Below are positions 8,993 to 19,179 of a stretch of DNA of 64,000 bases, piece after piece. Positions within the stretch are counted from its first letter, which is position 1, and each line of letters begins with the position of its first letter. The stretch lies in the NCBI GenBank assembly GCA_963756875.1, contig CAVWPA010000003.1, positions 480,001 through 544,000 of the forward strand. Reading direction: 5' to 3'. The position numbers and the translations under genes were made by a program. The DNA comes from an uncultured Verrucomicrobiae bacterium. GTDB taxonomy: Bacteria > Verrucomicrobiota > Verrucomicrobiia > Chthoniobacterales > UBA10450. The notes beneath the pieces are model-generated. The model had not been told where the DNA came from. It saw nothing but the letters and a program-made list of their open reading frames with translations, and did not search any database.

Positions 8993-10681
8993 TTATTCGG
9001 AGGTGGTCGTTTTCTTTCCCGGGCCCCACAAAGCGCGGCCCGGTTTTGCGCCGGTGTGCTCGCCATCCTTGATGACTTGCACGCCGTTCACAAAAACCTG
9101 CCTGATTCCCACGGCGTACTGCTGCGGCTTGTCGTAAGTCGCTCGATCGGCAACTGTCGCCGGATCGAACACGACTACGTCGGCAAACATGTCCGGCTTG
9201 ATGAAGCCGCGATGGTCGAGACCAAGGTTCGTTGCCGGGAATCCGCTTAATCGGCGCACCGCTTCCTTGAGAGGAATCACTTTTTCATCGCGCACATATT
9301 TTCCGAGCACCCGCACAAAGCATCCGTAGGCGCGCGGGTGCGGATTCGATTTAAGGAAGACGCCTTCCGGCGCCTGCGAGGCTTCGTCGGAGCCAAAGGA
9401 AATCCACGGCCTGGCCATTTTCTTTTTCACGTTTTCTTCCGACATGATGAAATAAACGGTGTCGATGCGGGATTCATCCTCGGAGATCAGGTCCATGATG
9501 GTTTCGACCGGATCCTTGTGGCGCATCCCTGCCACCTCGGCCAGCGTTTTGCCGGTCAACGGCTTCAGTTTCTCGGACTTGAATCCGACAAGAAGGATCC
9601 GCTCAGGGGAGCCCGCGGCGAGATAAAGATTTTCCCATTCGTTCGTCGGCATCTTTACCTGGGCCGCGATCTTTTCCCGAGTCGGCGCCTCGCGCAAACG
9701 CTTGAACAGGGCTGGGTAACCGCCGTCTTCAGTCCAGGGCGGCAGACATGCATCGAGGCCGGTTTCCGCTGCCGTGTATGTGTACATGTCTGCGGTGATT
9801 TTCAGGCCTTCCTTTTGCGCCGCTTCGACGCGCGCGAACAGTTTGTCGAGCTTCGGCCAGTTTTGTTCGCCGGCTGCTTTGACATGATAAATTTCAGCCG
9901 GAATGCCCGCTTCACGACTGATCCGAATCAGTTCGTCCAGCGCTTCGAGTAAACCGTTCCCTTCGCTGCGCATGTGCGAGATATATTTCCCGTGGTACTG
10001 GGCCGCTACCTTGCAGAGCGCGATCAGTTCGTCGGTCTTGGCGTAAAACGCCGGCGGATAAATCAACGACGTCCCGATGCCGAGCGCGCCGGCTTCCATT
10101 TCTTTGCGCACCAATTCGCGCATTTCATCGAGCTGCTGCGGCGTCGGCGCCTTGTCTTCGAAGCCGATGATGTACTCACGAATGGTGGTAGCGCCGATAA
10201 AAGAGGCGACATTACAGGAAATGCCGCGAGCCTGGAGATAGAGCAGATATCCGGCGAGCGTTTTCCACGTGACGTCGTAGTGGATGTCTTTTTGTTCGCG
10301 CAACATGTGTTCGCGCACGCGATCGTTGACCGGGCCCATCGACTCGCCCTCGCCCATGATCTCGGTCGTTACGCCCTGGCGAATCTCGCTTTGCGACCGG
10401 CCATCTTGAATGAGCGATTCGTTCGACCATGAAAGCATGTTGATGAATCCCGGCGAGACCGCGAGGCCGCCGGCATCGACAATCAGTTTCGCTTTTGCTG
10501 TTTTGAAATCGCCGACGCCGACGATGCGATCGCCCCGGATGGCCACATCGGCTCGCTTCGGCTCGCCGCCGGTTCCATCGTAAACCGTACCGTTCTTTAT
10601 AATGACGTCGAAATCCTGCGCGGCGGCCGACATTGCAAAAGAAGTGAGTGCAAAAAACCAGGCGGACAAATACCGGAACAT
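8993..10681 (-). CDS. N-acyl-D-amino-acid deacylase (amidohydrolase), secreted
   Basis: Signal peptide; NG.VYDGTG, PGFI, SHMRSE, HPRAYG.F.R.LG, ADVVVFDP motifs. Confidence 0.88.
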   Translation of the reverse strand: MFRYLSAWFFALTSFAMSAAAQDFDVIIKNGTVYDGTGGEPKRADVAIRGDRIVGVGDFKTAKAKLIVDAGGLAVSPGFINMLSWSNESLIQDGRSQSEIRQGVTTEIMGEGESMGPVNDRVREHMLREQKDIHYDVTWKTLAGYLLYLQARGISCNVASFIGATTIREYIIGFEDKAPTPQQLDEMRELVRKEMEAGALGIGTSLIYPPAFYAKTDELIALCKVAAQYHGKYISHMRSEGNGLLEALDELIRISREAGIPAEIYHVKAAGEQNWPKLDKLFARVEAAQKEGLKITADMYTYTAAETGLDACLPPWTEDGGYPALFKRLREAPTREKIAAQVKMPTNEWENLYLAAGSPERILLVGFKSEKLKPLTGKTLAEVAGMRHKDPVETIMDLISEDESRIDTVYFIMSEENVKKKMARPWISFGSDEASQAPEGVFLKSNPHPRAYGCFVRVLGKYVRDEKVIPLKEAVRRLSGFPATNLGLDHRGFIKPDMFADVVVFDPATVADRATYDKPQQYAVGIRQVFVNGVQVIKDGEHTGAKPGRALWGPGKKTTTSE

Positions 10682-10737
10682 CCTTCAAGTTTGACCAGCC
10701 GAGGGGGCGAGGTCGAGCGTTCTGTCTCCGGCGATCG

Positions 10738-11328
10738 CTAACTCGCTCTCTCCGGCGCTCTCGCCTGGCTACCCTCTTCGAGCGCGATTTTCAGCACCTC
10801 GTCCACGTTCTCGACCGGCACGAACTTCAATTTTTGGTTCGCTTCTTCCGGAACATCGGGCAGATCTTTCTCGTTTAGCTTGGGGATAATCACCGTCGTA
10901 ATGCCGGCGCGCATCGCGGCGAGACTTTTTTCCTTCAACCCGCCGATGGGCAAAACAAGTCCGCGCAAAGTGATTTCTCCGGTCATGGCAACGTCGGAGC
11001 GCACCGGCGTGTTGCTGAAGAGCGAAGCGAGCGCGGTAAACATCGCGATGCCCGCCGACGGTCCATCTTTCGGGACCGCACCGGCCGGCACGAATGGATG
11101 CGATGCGTTGCCGACAACGTCGCCTTCGCTGCTGCCGATCTGCTGATCGTTCGAGGGATCAGGATTATTATTAGCGTAGGTAATAACCGTCCAGCTGGTC
11201 GTCGGGGCGGTTACATCAACCGTTGAGGCCGCCGCCATCCGCACAATAATGAGAGCAATCGCAATCGAACCAAAGATCGACAAAGCAGTTCGTCGATGAC
11301 GCGTTGATCTCGCTGTTAACGGAAGCAT
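10738..11328 (-). pseudogene. Chimeric ORF: secreted-protein N-terminus fused in frame to the C-terminal fragment of Lon protease
   Basis: Signal peptide plus [18 protein letters not shown], then abruptly [14 protein letters not shown]...[20 protein letters not shown] (Lon Ser/Lys dyad region). Confidence 0.7.
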
Positions 11329-11339
11329 CCGTGGTCTTT

Positions 11340-11355
11340 AGCAACAACGGTGCCG
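11340..11355 (-). promoter_or_regulatory. sigma54 -24/-12 promoter candidate
   Basis: Minus strand reads CGGCAC-CGTTG-TTGCT immediately upstream of the chimeric ORF. Confidence 0.65.
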
Positions 11356-11400
11356 CATGCGGATTTCGCGTAGTTCGCGGAAAAGCAATGCGCTTGCGCT

Positions 11401-12870
11401 TCAGTCGATTCTTGAAGAATTCGGCTCGAGCCGGTAGAGCTCGACGAAAGCGAGCTTCGGGCTGATCAGGATCGAACGCGCGAAGGTCTTGACCGGAACG
11501 ATCCGCCAAGCGGATCCGACGTCGAGGTTAGGATCGTCCGTATAAACAACTTTCGCCGAAGCGAGGACCGTCGCGGGCACTTCGTTAACGGAAGCCGCAT
11601 CAAAATGCATACGAAAGTCAGGTGCGTACCATTGTGCATGGCGACCGCAGCTTCGCAGAATGAGCAAGACATCATGGCGCCGCTCAGGCGGGTAAAGGTC
11701 GTTCAAATAGCGCACGAGCGCGACAGGCGGCGCCGCTTCTGCATGATTTGCCTTCACGAGCGGCAACGAGATTGCCAGAAGCAAGAGCGGCCACAAAAGC
11801 GCGAGTAATTTCCACGCGCCGGGCAGCCGGAAAAATCCGAGCGTAAGCGCAATCAACAAGATCGGGAAAACGGGGAGGTAATAACGTTGCTCCCACGGCA
11901 GACAGCAGAAAACGATCAAGAGGTAGAGCGCGAGCCAGCCGAACTGGCTTTTCCAAAATGAGATGTCGATCTTACCGCGCCGGACGAGATAGATCGCGAA
12001 ACCGGCGAAAGTCAGAATGAGGCCGGCGACGAGGGCCGGCATTGATTCGGAAAGACCCAGGCCGATGCGAAACCAACCGAGAATGTGCCAATTGAATCGA
12101 TCGAGCAACGCCGCCGGACTCATGTCGGCGCCGATGAACGCGAAAGGCTTATCGAGACGCCAACGCCACTGTTGATAAACGAGACTCGGATAAACTCGCC
12201 ACCAGGAAAATTCGGGTTTCAGTTTCCATTGCAGATGCCACATGGGGAGCAACCATATGAGGCAACTTCCAATGAAGACCGATACGTTGCCGAGCCACGT
12301 CCTGGCCGACGCGCGCCGTTGCCACAAAGACATGAGCAGAATCACGAGCGTCACCGGAAAGAGTTGGGGGCGGACGCCGGTCGCAGCCGCGCCGAGCAGC
12401 GCGTTGAAAATCCAATCGCGCTTCCGTCCCGTTTGCCGATGGAGCAACGCGAAAAACAATTGCGCGCTAAGCAGACCGATGGCCGGGGCGTCGGTTAACA
12501 CCTTTGTCGCCGTCATCCAAACAATCGGCGTGACCGCGAGCGTAGCGGCAACCAACCAACTAAATGCTTCTTCGAAATGCGCTCGCACAATCCAAAACCA
12601 AGCCGTTACGAAAAGCGCGCCGCCCAAACAGCTGGCGAGATGTAACGAAAATTCCGGGCCCCAGCCAAAAAGCGAGTGGCCCAGCCACCCGAAGAAAATG
12701 TAGAGCGGATAGCCAGGTGGATGCGGGCGGCGACGCCAGAGATCGAAATCCTGCGTGCCCATCGCGAATTGCACGGAATCAGCGTCATCCAGGCCGGGCG
12801 TGCGCGTTAAAAAATAAAGCAGGAAAACGGAAAGAAACAGGAACGCGGCCTTTTTTTGATTCGTGTTCAT
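11401..12870 (-). CDS. GT-C-type membrane glycosyltransferase (DUF2723/ArnT-like)
   Basis: DDADS acidic motif after TM1, PHPPGYPLY motif, about 11 TMs, RYYLP. Confidence 0.65.
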   Translation of the reverse strand: MNTNQKKAAFLFLSVFLLYFLTRTPGLDDADSVQFAMGTQDFDLWRRRPHPPGYPLYIFFGWLGHSLFGWGPEFSLHLASCLGGALFVTAWFWIVRAHFEEAFSWLVAATLAVTPIVWMTATKVLTDAPAIGLLSAQLFFALLHRQTGRKRDWIFNALLGAAATGVRPQLFPVTLVILLMSLWQRRASARTWLGNVSVFIGSCLIWLLPMWHLQWKLKPEFSWWRVYPSLVYQQWRWRLDKPFAFIGADMSPAALLDRFNWHILGWFRIGLGLSESMPALVAGLILTFAGFAIYLVRRGKIDISFWKSQFGWLALYLLIVFCCLPWEQRYYLPVFPILLIALTLGFFRLPGAWKLLALLWPLLLLAISLPLVKANHAEAAPPVALVRYLNDLYPPERRHDVLLILRSCGRHAQWYAPDFRMHFDAASVNEVPATVLASAKVVYTDDPNLDVGSAWRIVPVKTFARSILISPKLAFVELYRLEPNSSRID

Positions 12871-12885
12871 CCGCCTTCGGCGCGG

Positions 12886-13953
12886 CTACTTTTGCGTTTC
12901 CTTGAGCAAGATCGACAACTCATCTTTCCACAAAGCGGCAATGGTGTGGCTGCCGTGACCGCGTGTCTTATCACTGAGCGGTATGACAATGGCGCGGCCG
13001 TGGGGAACACGTTTGATCTCGCGCTCGAGAATGCCAAGCTCAGGCGGATTAATCAGGTCGTCGGCCGAATTGATCGCCAGTAGCGTCGCGCGGATTTTTT
13101 CCAGGTTCGGACCGGGATCGTAATCGCGCGACGCATCCACGGCATAGAGAACGTCGTTCGCGTCGTCGGCCTTCATTATCCTGGCGACGAATTCGTCGAG
13201 AACTTCATCCGTCTTTGCCAGAGTCGGCGCTTCTTTTTGGCGCAGGACCGGGTTGCTGCTCATGAACCATAGCATTTCGGCGGCGGTGCGAAGACTGGGC
13301 GGCTCTGTTTTATAATCGCCGCCATCCCAGGCCGGGTCGTTTCGAATGGCGTCGATGACGATGCGACGCCAGACCCGGTTGCGTCCGGAGATTTGGGTGG
13401 GCAGGCACGCCAGCGGCATCAGGGCATCCATGAAACCGGGATGCATCTCTCCCCACAACCAGGTGTGCATCCCGCCCATCGACGTCCCCATGATCAATCG
13501 GGCGTGATTGACGCCGAGGCCATCGGTAAGCAGGCGATATTGTGCTTCGACCATGTCCCGGTAGCCGTAGTGGGGGAATTTTGCGTGCAGGCCATCGCTC
13601 GGCTTGCTGGATTTCCCGTGGCCGATCCCATCCGGCAGCACAATGTAAAACCTGGCCGCATCCAGCGGCTGACTTTTGCCAAAAAGTTCGCCCGCAAATT
13701 CCGGCCGGATGAATTGCGCACCACTGCCGGTTGTCCCGTGCATGATGAGCACGGCATTGCGCGTCTGGCCTTGTGCGTCTTTTTCCGGTTTGCCGAGCGT
13801 CCGGTAATGAATGCGCAACTCCGGCAACGTTTCGCCGGACGCGAACTTGAAATTGTGGATGGTGAAATCGCCTTCGGCCGGCGCCGGATAATCCGCCGCC
13901 CAGACCGGGCTTACTGCAAGGGAGAGGAATGCGGCAACGAAAGCTCCGCGCAT
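12886..13953 (-). CDS. Secreted alpha/beta hydrolase, homoserine O-acetyltransferase-like family
   Basis: HGTTGSG, GTSMGG nucleophile elbow, INSADD, GHGSH; signal peptide. Confidence 0.85.
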   Translation of the reverse strand: MRGAFVAAFLSLAVSPVWAADYPAPAEGDFTIHNFKFASGETLPELRIHYRTLGKPEKDAQGQTRNAVLIMHGTTGSGAQFIRPEFAGELFGKSQPLDAARFYIVLPDGIGHGKSSKPSDGLHAKFPHYGYRDMVEAQYRLLTDGLGVNHARLIMGTSMGGMHTWLWGEMHPGFMDALMPLACLPTQISGRNRVWRRIVIDAIRNDPAWDGGDYKTEPPSLRTAAEMLWFMSSNPVLRQKEAPTLAKTDEVLDEFVARIMKADDANDVLYAVDASRDYDPGPNLEKIRATLLAINSADDLINPPELGILEREIKRVPHGRAIVIPLSDKTRGHGSHTIAALWKDELSILLKETQK

Positions 13954-14005
13954 GATTCGTTGCTTAGCACTAGTCTGCCGGCGCTGCCAGCAGGCTTAAA
14001 AAAAT

Positions 14006-14227
14006 TTATCTCGCCAGGACGACGTCCTTTTTGGTCCAGGTATGGACCTGGCGGCAATGGGGGCAGGCGAACTTCGAAGTCTTTATTTTGGCCGCAGCCC
14101 AAAGTTTTTCTTCAATGGTTTGACCCGTCGGCGTCAGTTTCGCTGTCGAAGGACAGCGGACGAGAAGCCGTTTAATGATCGGGCCGGTTTTTACTTTTCG
14201 CGGAGTTGCTGTTTCAAAAAATTTCAT
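14006..14227 (-). CDS. Small zinc-ribbon-like protein
   Basis: RCPST...TG...CPHC..VH.W pattern; starts 10 bp after the infA stop. Confidence 0.6.
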   Translation of the reverse strand: MKFFETATPRKVKTGPIIKRLLVRCPSTAKLTPTGQTIEEKLWAAAKIKTSKFACPHCRQVHTWTKKDVVLAR

Positions 14228-14236
14228 GTTATTTCG

Positions 14237-14455
14237 TCAGAGCCGGTAAACAATGCGTGCTTTGTCGACGTCGTAAGGCGACATCTCCATTTTGACGCGG
14301 TCACCAATAGTAAGCCGGATAAAGCGTTTGCGCATCTTTCCGGAAATATGGGCGAGAACGAGGTGATCGTTGGCAAGCGCGACGCGAAACATGGTGCCGG
14401 GAAGCACAGACATGATCGTTCCTTCCAACTGGATGGCTTTTTCAGAATTCATCAT
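14237..14455 (-). CDS. infA: Translation initiation factor IF-1
   Basis: [20 protein letters not shown]...GD.V..EMSPYD...RI.YR. Confidence 0.96.
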   Translation of the reverse strand: MMNSEKAIQLEGTIMSVLPGTMFRVALANDHLVLAHISGKMRKRFIRLTIGDRVKMEMSPYDVDKARIVYRL

Positions 14456-14568
14456 GGTGTCAGTCTGGTCGCGGAAGAGATCAGTGGAGGGGTTTGAGTT
14501 CGAGGGTCCGGGACTGTAAGCCGGCCCCGAAAATCTTCGAGGCCGGCCATTACAATCGACTCCCTGAG

Positions 14569-14868
14569 TTACCGGCGATTATTGCCGGCAAACGACCGGT
14601 TCGCGCCGAAAGGACGCGGCCGCTCGTCACGGGGACGCGCCTCGTTCACGTTCAGCGTTCGGCCGTTGAATTCCTTGCCGTTGAGGGCCGTCATCGCGGC
14701 GCTGGCCTGGGCACCGTCGTTCATGGTGACGAAAGCGAACCCGCGCGATTTGCCGGTCATTCGATCCATCATCAGCGCGACTTCGCCGACCTGGCCGTGT
14801 TGTTCGAAAAGATCCTGAAGATCGTTCTCGGTGGTCTCAAAGGAGAGATTTCCTACGTATAGTTTCAT
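14569..14868 (-). CDS. RRM (RNP-1) RNA-binding protein
   Basis: KLYVGNL (RNP2), RGFAFV (RNP1), L.VNEARPR. Confidence 0.93.
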   Translation of the reverse strand: MKLYVGNLSFETTENDLQDLFEQHGQVGEVALMMDRMTGKSRGFAFVTMNDGAQASAAMTALNGKEFNGRTLNVNEARPRDERPRPFGANRSFAGNNRR

Positions 14869-15049
14869 TGTGACTTGATTTGGAAAATAAACTGCCAGCT
14901 ACAGAGCCGTTCCCGGGAATCGGGTTTCAAATCACCACCGAGGAAATCTCAGCGGACGATCCACCATGCTTGAACAAAACAGAACTAATCCAATAAGCGG
15001 CTATTCTCGTCGTGTTTCCGGTAAACACAACCGATCATTCTAACTATAT

Positions 15050-15502
15050 TTACCAGGTGACCGTCGCGTTGCCGGCGGCATCGAGCGTGGCGCTGTTCCC
15101 GATCAGGCGGACAAAGAAAAAGTTCGCTTCCGGATCGCGCTCAACGCGGCCGTAGAGAATCGTTTCCGGGCCCGTCGATTCAATTGGGATCGATTTGAAG
15201 GTTTTCAGATCCCTTTTCGCGATCATTACCCGGACATCGGCAAACTTCCCTCTTTTTCCCGGCACCGGCTGCCAGAGCGAGCTTTCGTACCAGTTCGGCT
15301 TCAGGTGATGGATGTTTTTGCCACGGAAGTTAAACTTCACGGCCACGAGCTGCCGAATGTGGGCGGCCATGCTCTGGCTCAAGGTCTGCACATCGTAGGT
15401 CTGCACGCCGTGCCATGTTTTCGCATCGTAGCGCACCTGGCCTAACAAGCCGGCCACGCCTGCGAGGGAGAAAATTACCGCAAAAAGGAAGAGCTTTTTC
15501 AT
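15050..15502 (-). CDS. Hypothetical secreted protein
   Basis: MKKLFLFAVIFSLAGVAGLLG signal peptide. Confidence 0.6.
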   Translation of the reverse strand: MKKLFLFAVIFSLAGVAGLLGQVRYDAKTWHGVQTYDVQTLSQSMAAHIRQLVAVKFNFRGKNIHHLKPNWYESSLWQPVPGKRGKFADVRVMIAKRDLKTFKSIPIESTGPETILYGRVERDPEANFFFVRLIGNSATLDAAGNATVTW

Positions 15503-15594
15503 AGCAAACAGCAGAATGAACCCAATCGGGGCCAATTGAAAGAGGGGAAGCTTATTAGAGATGGCTTCCAGAGAGCCCTTGACCGAATGCGGTC

Positions 15595-17397
15595 TTGCGA
15601 GCAGGACAATGTGTGGCCAATGCCAATGTCGATGCCGCGACAAAGCCAGGGCAATTGCGGAGCGGCTTGCTGCGGTTGCTCAAGTTTTGGGTTTGGTTTA
15701 GCGAGATCGCGCAACCGAATGATCTCCAGGTCACGCTTTTTTGGGCCGGAATGATCGGTTTTTGCGGCGCGCTGACCTGCGTCGGTTTTCGATGGGCCAC
15801 GGGAGCAGTGCACACCGTTTTCACCCATCAATCGAACGTCAGTTTGACGGAAAGCTTCGCGCATCTGGTGACCTGGCAGCGTATCGCCATCCCCACAGTC
15901 GGCGGACTCATCGCGGGCGTTGTGATTTCGTTCACAAAACGATGGAGCGCTTCGACAACGACAGCCGATTACATGGAAGCCGTGGTGCTCGGTGACGGAA
16001 AAATGTCCGCGCGATTCAGTTTGTTAAAATCTCTGTCCGCCATGTTCACGATTGCGTCCGGCGGTTCAATCGGACGCGAAGGGCCCCTGGTGCAATTGTC
16101 CTCGCTGGTCGCGTCGCTGGCCGGGCGCTGGCGAAAGTGGAGCATGCCGCGCTTGCGGCTTCTGGTCGGTTGTGGCGCGGCGGCTGGGATCGCCTCGGCG
16201 TACAATGCCCCGATCGCCGGAGCGCTCTTCGTTGCCGAGATCGTGCTCGGCTCGATGGCCATGGAAATTTTCGGCCCGCTGGTTTTTTCATCGGTGGTCG
16301 CAACGCTGACCACGCGCGGCCTGATCGGAGGAAACCCGCTTTACGACATTCCACCGTTCCAACTCAATTCCACCTGGGAGATCATTCCGTATCTTGCGCT
16401 CGGGCTTGTGACAGGAGTGGCTGCGCCATGGTTTTTGCGTCTGCTCGATGCCAGCGAACGTTTGTTCGCGCTGGTGCGGGTGCCGGTTTATCTAAAACTT
16501 GCTCTGGGCGGACTGGTGGTGGGGCTGCTTGCCACTGTGCATCCGGAGGTTTGCGGCAACGGTTACAGTTCGGTGGACGCGATCCTGCGCGGCGCATGGC
16601 TCTGGCCGACTTTGCTGTCCATCCTTATTTTCAAGGTACTGGCGACGACGGCGACGTTCGGATCGGGTGCGGTGGGCGGCGTATTCACCCCCACTCTCTT
16701 TGTCGGTGCGAGTGTGGGATATCTCTTCGGTGTGCTCTGGCACTTCCTGCCAGGCCAGGGCGCGTTGAACGCCAGCGCACTGGCCCTTGTTGGGATGGGC
16801 GCATTTTTGGCAGGCACCACACACGCCCCGATCATGGCCATCCTCATGATCTTCGAATTGACTCTCGATTATCAAATCATTCTGCCGCTCATGCTCGCGT
16901 GCGTGATCGGGTATTACACGTCGGTCAGCATCGAGAAGCGCTCTATATATAGTGAGGCGTTGAAGCGGAAAAGTGCCGGCGATTATCGGGTCCATCTGGG
17001 CGAAATGCACGTAAGCGAACTGATGAAGCCGGCGCCTATGGCAGTTTCACCCACCGCGCGGTTTGCGGAGATTGGCGAAAAATTTATCGCCAACCGGTTC
17101 AATTATCTCTACGTGGTGCGGGACGGCCGTTTTCTCGGTGCGGTCTCGCTGCACGATATCAAGAATTACCTCAATGCGCCCGAGCTGGCTGAGCTGGTGA
17201 TCGCGCAGGACATCATGCGCGAGCCGTTCCCGACGATCGAACCGTCTGCTTCACTGAGCAAAGCGCTTGAAAGCTTTGCGCGACACGATGGCGAGCGCCT
17301 GCCGGTGGTGACCAGGCAGCAAAAGCTGGTCGGCAGCCTTTCAAAAACCGACATCATCCTGGCCGTGGCCGGCAGCAAGAAAACCGGCGCCGGTTGA
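15595..17397 (+). CDS. ClcB-like CLC chloride channel with C-terminal CBS pair
   Basis: GGSIGREGP, GAVGGVFTP, SIY motifs; CBS repeats; start uncertain. Confidence 0.88.
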   Translation: MRAGQCVANANVDAATKPGQLRSGLLRLLKFWVWFSEIAQPNDLQVTLFWAGMIGFCGALTCVGFRWATGAVHTVFTHQSNVSLTESFAHLVTWQRIAIPTVGGLIAGVVISFTKRWSASTTTADYMEAVVLGDGKMSARFSLLKSLSAMFTIASGGSIGREGPLVQLSSLVASLAGRWRKWSMPRLRLLVGCGAAAGIASAYNAPIAGALFVAEIVLGSMAMEIFGPLVFSSVVATLTTRGLIGGNPLYDIPPFQLNSTWEIIPYLALGLVTGVAAPWFLRLLDASERLFALVRVPVYLKLALGGLVVGLLATVHPEVCGNGYSSVDAILRGAWLWPTLLSILIFKVLATTATFGSGAVGGVFTPTLFVGASVGYLFGVLWHFLPGQGALNASALALVGMGAFLAGTTHAPIMAILMIFELTLDYQIILPLMLACVIGYYTSVSIEKRSIYSEALKRKSAGDYRVHLGEMHVSELMKPAPMAVSPTARFAEIGEKFIANRFNYLYVVRDGRFLGAVSLHDIKNYLNAPELAELVIAQDIMREPFPTIEPSASLSKALESFARHDGERLPVVTRQQKLVGSLSKTDIILAVAGSKKTGAG

Positions 17398-17430
17398 CCG
17401 GGCCACTCAGTCGTCGCTAAGTTACCCGCC

Positions 17431-19158
17431 TTGAAAGGTTGTCTTGGCGGATTTGCGGGTGTCTTGATGCTGGTTCAGGGCGTTTTGGGCCAGACCGATC
17501 AACCTGTCCGGGCTGGAGACACGAGCGGTTTTGATTTCAAGCAATTCGGGCTTCTGGCCATTCAGGATGGCGGGCGGCGCAAACCGATCGACACGTTTGC
17601 CCGGGAAACGCTCATCCGGCTCACTGGAAGGTCGACTTATAGAGACAAAACGGGGCGGAAATGGACACCCAACGATTTTGTTCTGTCCGCGTTGCTCGAT
17701 ACGCACGACTGGAAGGATGAGCCGATGGTGCTGGTAGCTCTGGGGAAATTAAAGGAGCAACTCGGACTCGACAAGACCCAGAGCAAATTTTCGTTCGCGA
17801 AATTGGTTGCGCTGCCGGAGTTGAACCGGTTGATCGGTGAAGCCCACGCTTTGCGCAAGGCGGAAAAACCGCTGAATCGATCGCAAGAAGAGGTGATGCG
17901 GGTGGGCGAACGGCTCACGCTTTTCACCCGGGTAATGGATGGAAGCGCTTTCCTGATCGTTCCGGCGTCGAAGAGCGAAACGGATCAGTGGGTCGTGCCG
18001 TCGGACTACGCGCGATATTATACCGATGCGCAGTTCGCGACGGTGCAGCCGAAATTGCAAGCCATGGCGAACGCGTACCTGCGTGGCGAAGGATTCGGAT
18101 TTAGTCGCGCGGCAAATCAGTTGCGGGAAGCGTTGCGCTCGCTCAGCCCATCCATTTATCCCCGGGATGGCGCCTTGCGTCTTGAGTACTTCTACAATCA
18201 TTTTTCGGCATTTTATCGGGCAATCTGGTTTTATGGGTTCGCGTTTCTCATTTTGCTCGTGGCGCATTTTCGCAACCGCGGGCGCGAGTCATCCCGCGGA
18301 CGTCTCCTGCCCGCCCTTGGCGTGACACTGGCGATCGTTGCGCTCGTTTTTCATGCGAGCGGAATCGTGTTGCGCTGCATGATCGCGGGACGCCCGCCTG
18401 TGACGAACATGTACGAATCGATCATCTGGGTTTCTTTCGCCGTCTCGTTTTTCGGGATGATCTTTTTCGCGCGCTACCGGACGCCGGTCTATCTGCTGGC
18501 TGCGCTTCCGGTCACGCTTCTGGCGATGTTGCTCGTCCACCAGATGCCCATCGCCATGCCATCGAGCATCGATCCGCTGGTGCCGGTGTTGCGCGATAAT
18601 TTCTGGCTCACCATTCACGTGCTGACCATCACCCTGAGTTACGCGGCGTTCGCGCTGGCGATGGGATTCGGCCACATTCTGCTCTGGCGCTACGCGCGCA
18701 ATCCCGGCAGCGCACGGGCCGACGCGCCGATGCACTTCTGGTTATATCGCGTTTTGCAACTGGGTGTGCTTCTGCTGGCGGCCGGCACCATCCTCGGCGG
18801 GGTTTGGGCGAATTATTCCTGGGGCCGGTTCTGGGGCTGGGATCCGAAGGAAACATGGGCGCTCATCGCGCTGCTTTGTTACATCACCACATTGCACGGC
18901 CGGCTGGCCGGTTGGTGGACGGAATTCGGTCTGGTGGTCGCCAGCGTCGTTTGTTTCCTGGCCGTTCTCATGGCGTGGTACGGAGTGAACTTTGTCCTCG
19001 GCAAAGGCTTGCACTCGTACGGATTCGGCATCGGCGGCGAGAGTTACGTGGCCACGTTTGTGGTTCTCGATCTCCTGTTCGTTTCGTTCGCGATCTGGCG
19101 ATATCGCACGAACCGGCGCGAGGAGAAAGCTGTAGAGGCCGCCGTCTCGGCGGCATGA
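17431..19158 (+). CDS. ccsA: Cytochrome c biogenesis protein CcsA (system II heme lyase) with N-terminal periplasmic domain
   Basis: GRRKP.DT, P..NMYES, WL.IHV, WAN.SWGRFWGWDPKETW, GLHSYG. Confidence 0.9.
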   Translation: MKGCLGGFAGVLMLVQGVLGQTDQPVRAGDTSGFDFKQFGLLAIQDGGRRKPIDTFARETLIRLTGRSTYRDKTGRKWTPNDFVLSALLDTHDWKDEPMVLVALGKLKEQLGLDKTQSKFSFAKLVALPELNRLIGEAHALRKAEKPLNRSQEEVMRVGERLTLFTRVMDGSAFLIVPASKSETDQWVVPSDYARYYTDAQFATVQPKLQAMANAYLRGEGFGFSRAANQLREALRSLSPSIYPRDGALRLEYFYNHFSAFYRAIWFYGFAFLILLVAHFRNRGRESSRGRLLPALGVTLAIVALVFHASGIVLRCMIAGRPPVTNMYESIIWVSFAVSFFGMIFFARYRTPVYLLAALPVTLLAMLLVHQMPIAMPSSIDPLVPVLRDNFWLTIHVLTITLSYAAFALAMGFGHILLWRYARNPGSARADAPMHFWLYRVLQLGVLLLAAGTILGGVWANYSWGRFWGWDPKETWALIALLCYITTLHGRLAGWWTEFGLVVASVVCFLAVLMAWYGVNFVLGKGLHSYGFGIGGESYVATFVVLDLLFVSFAIWRYRTNRREEKAVEAAVSAA

Positions 19159-19179
19159 TCACCAAGGAAGGCTCGGGGA

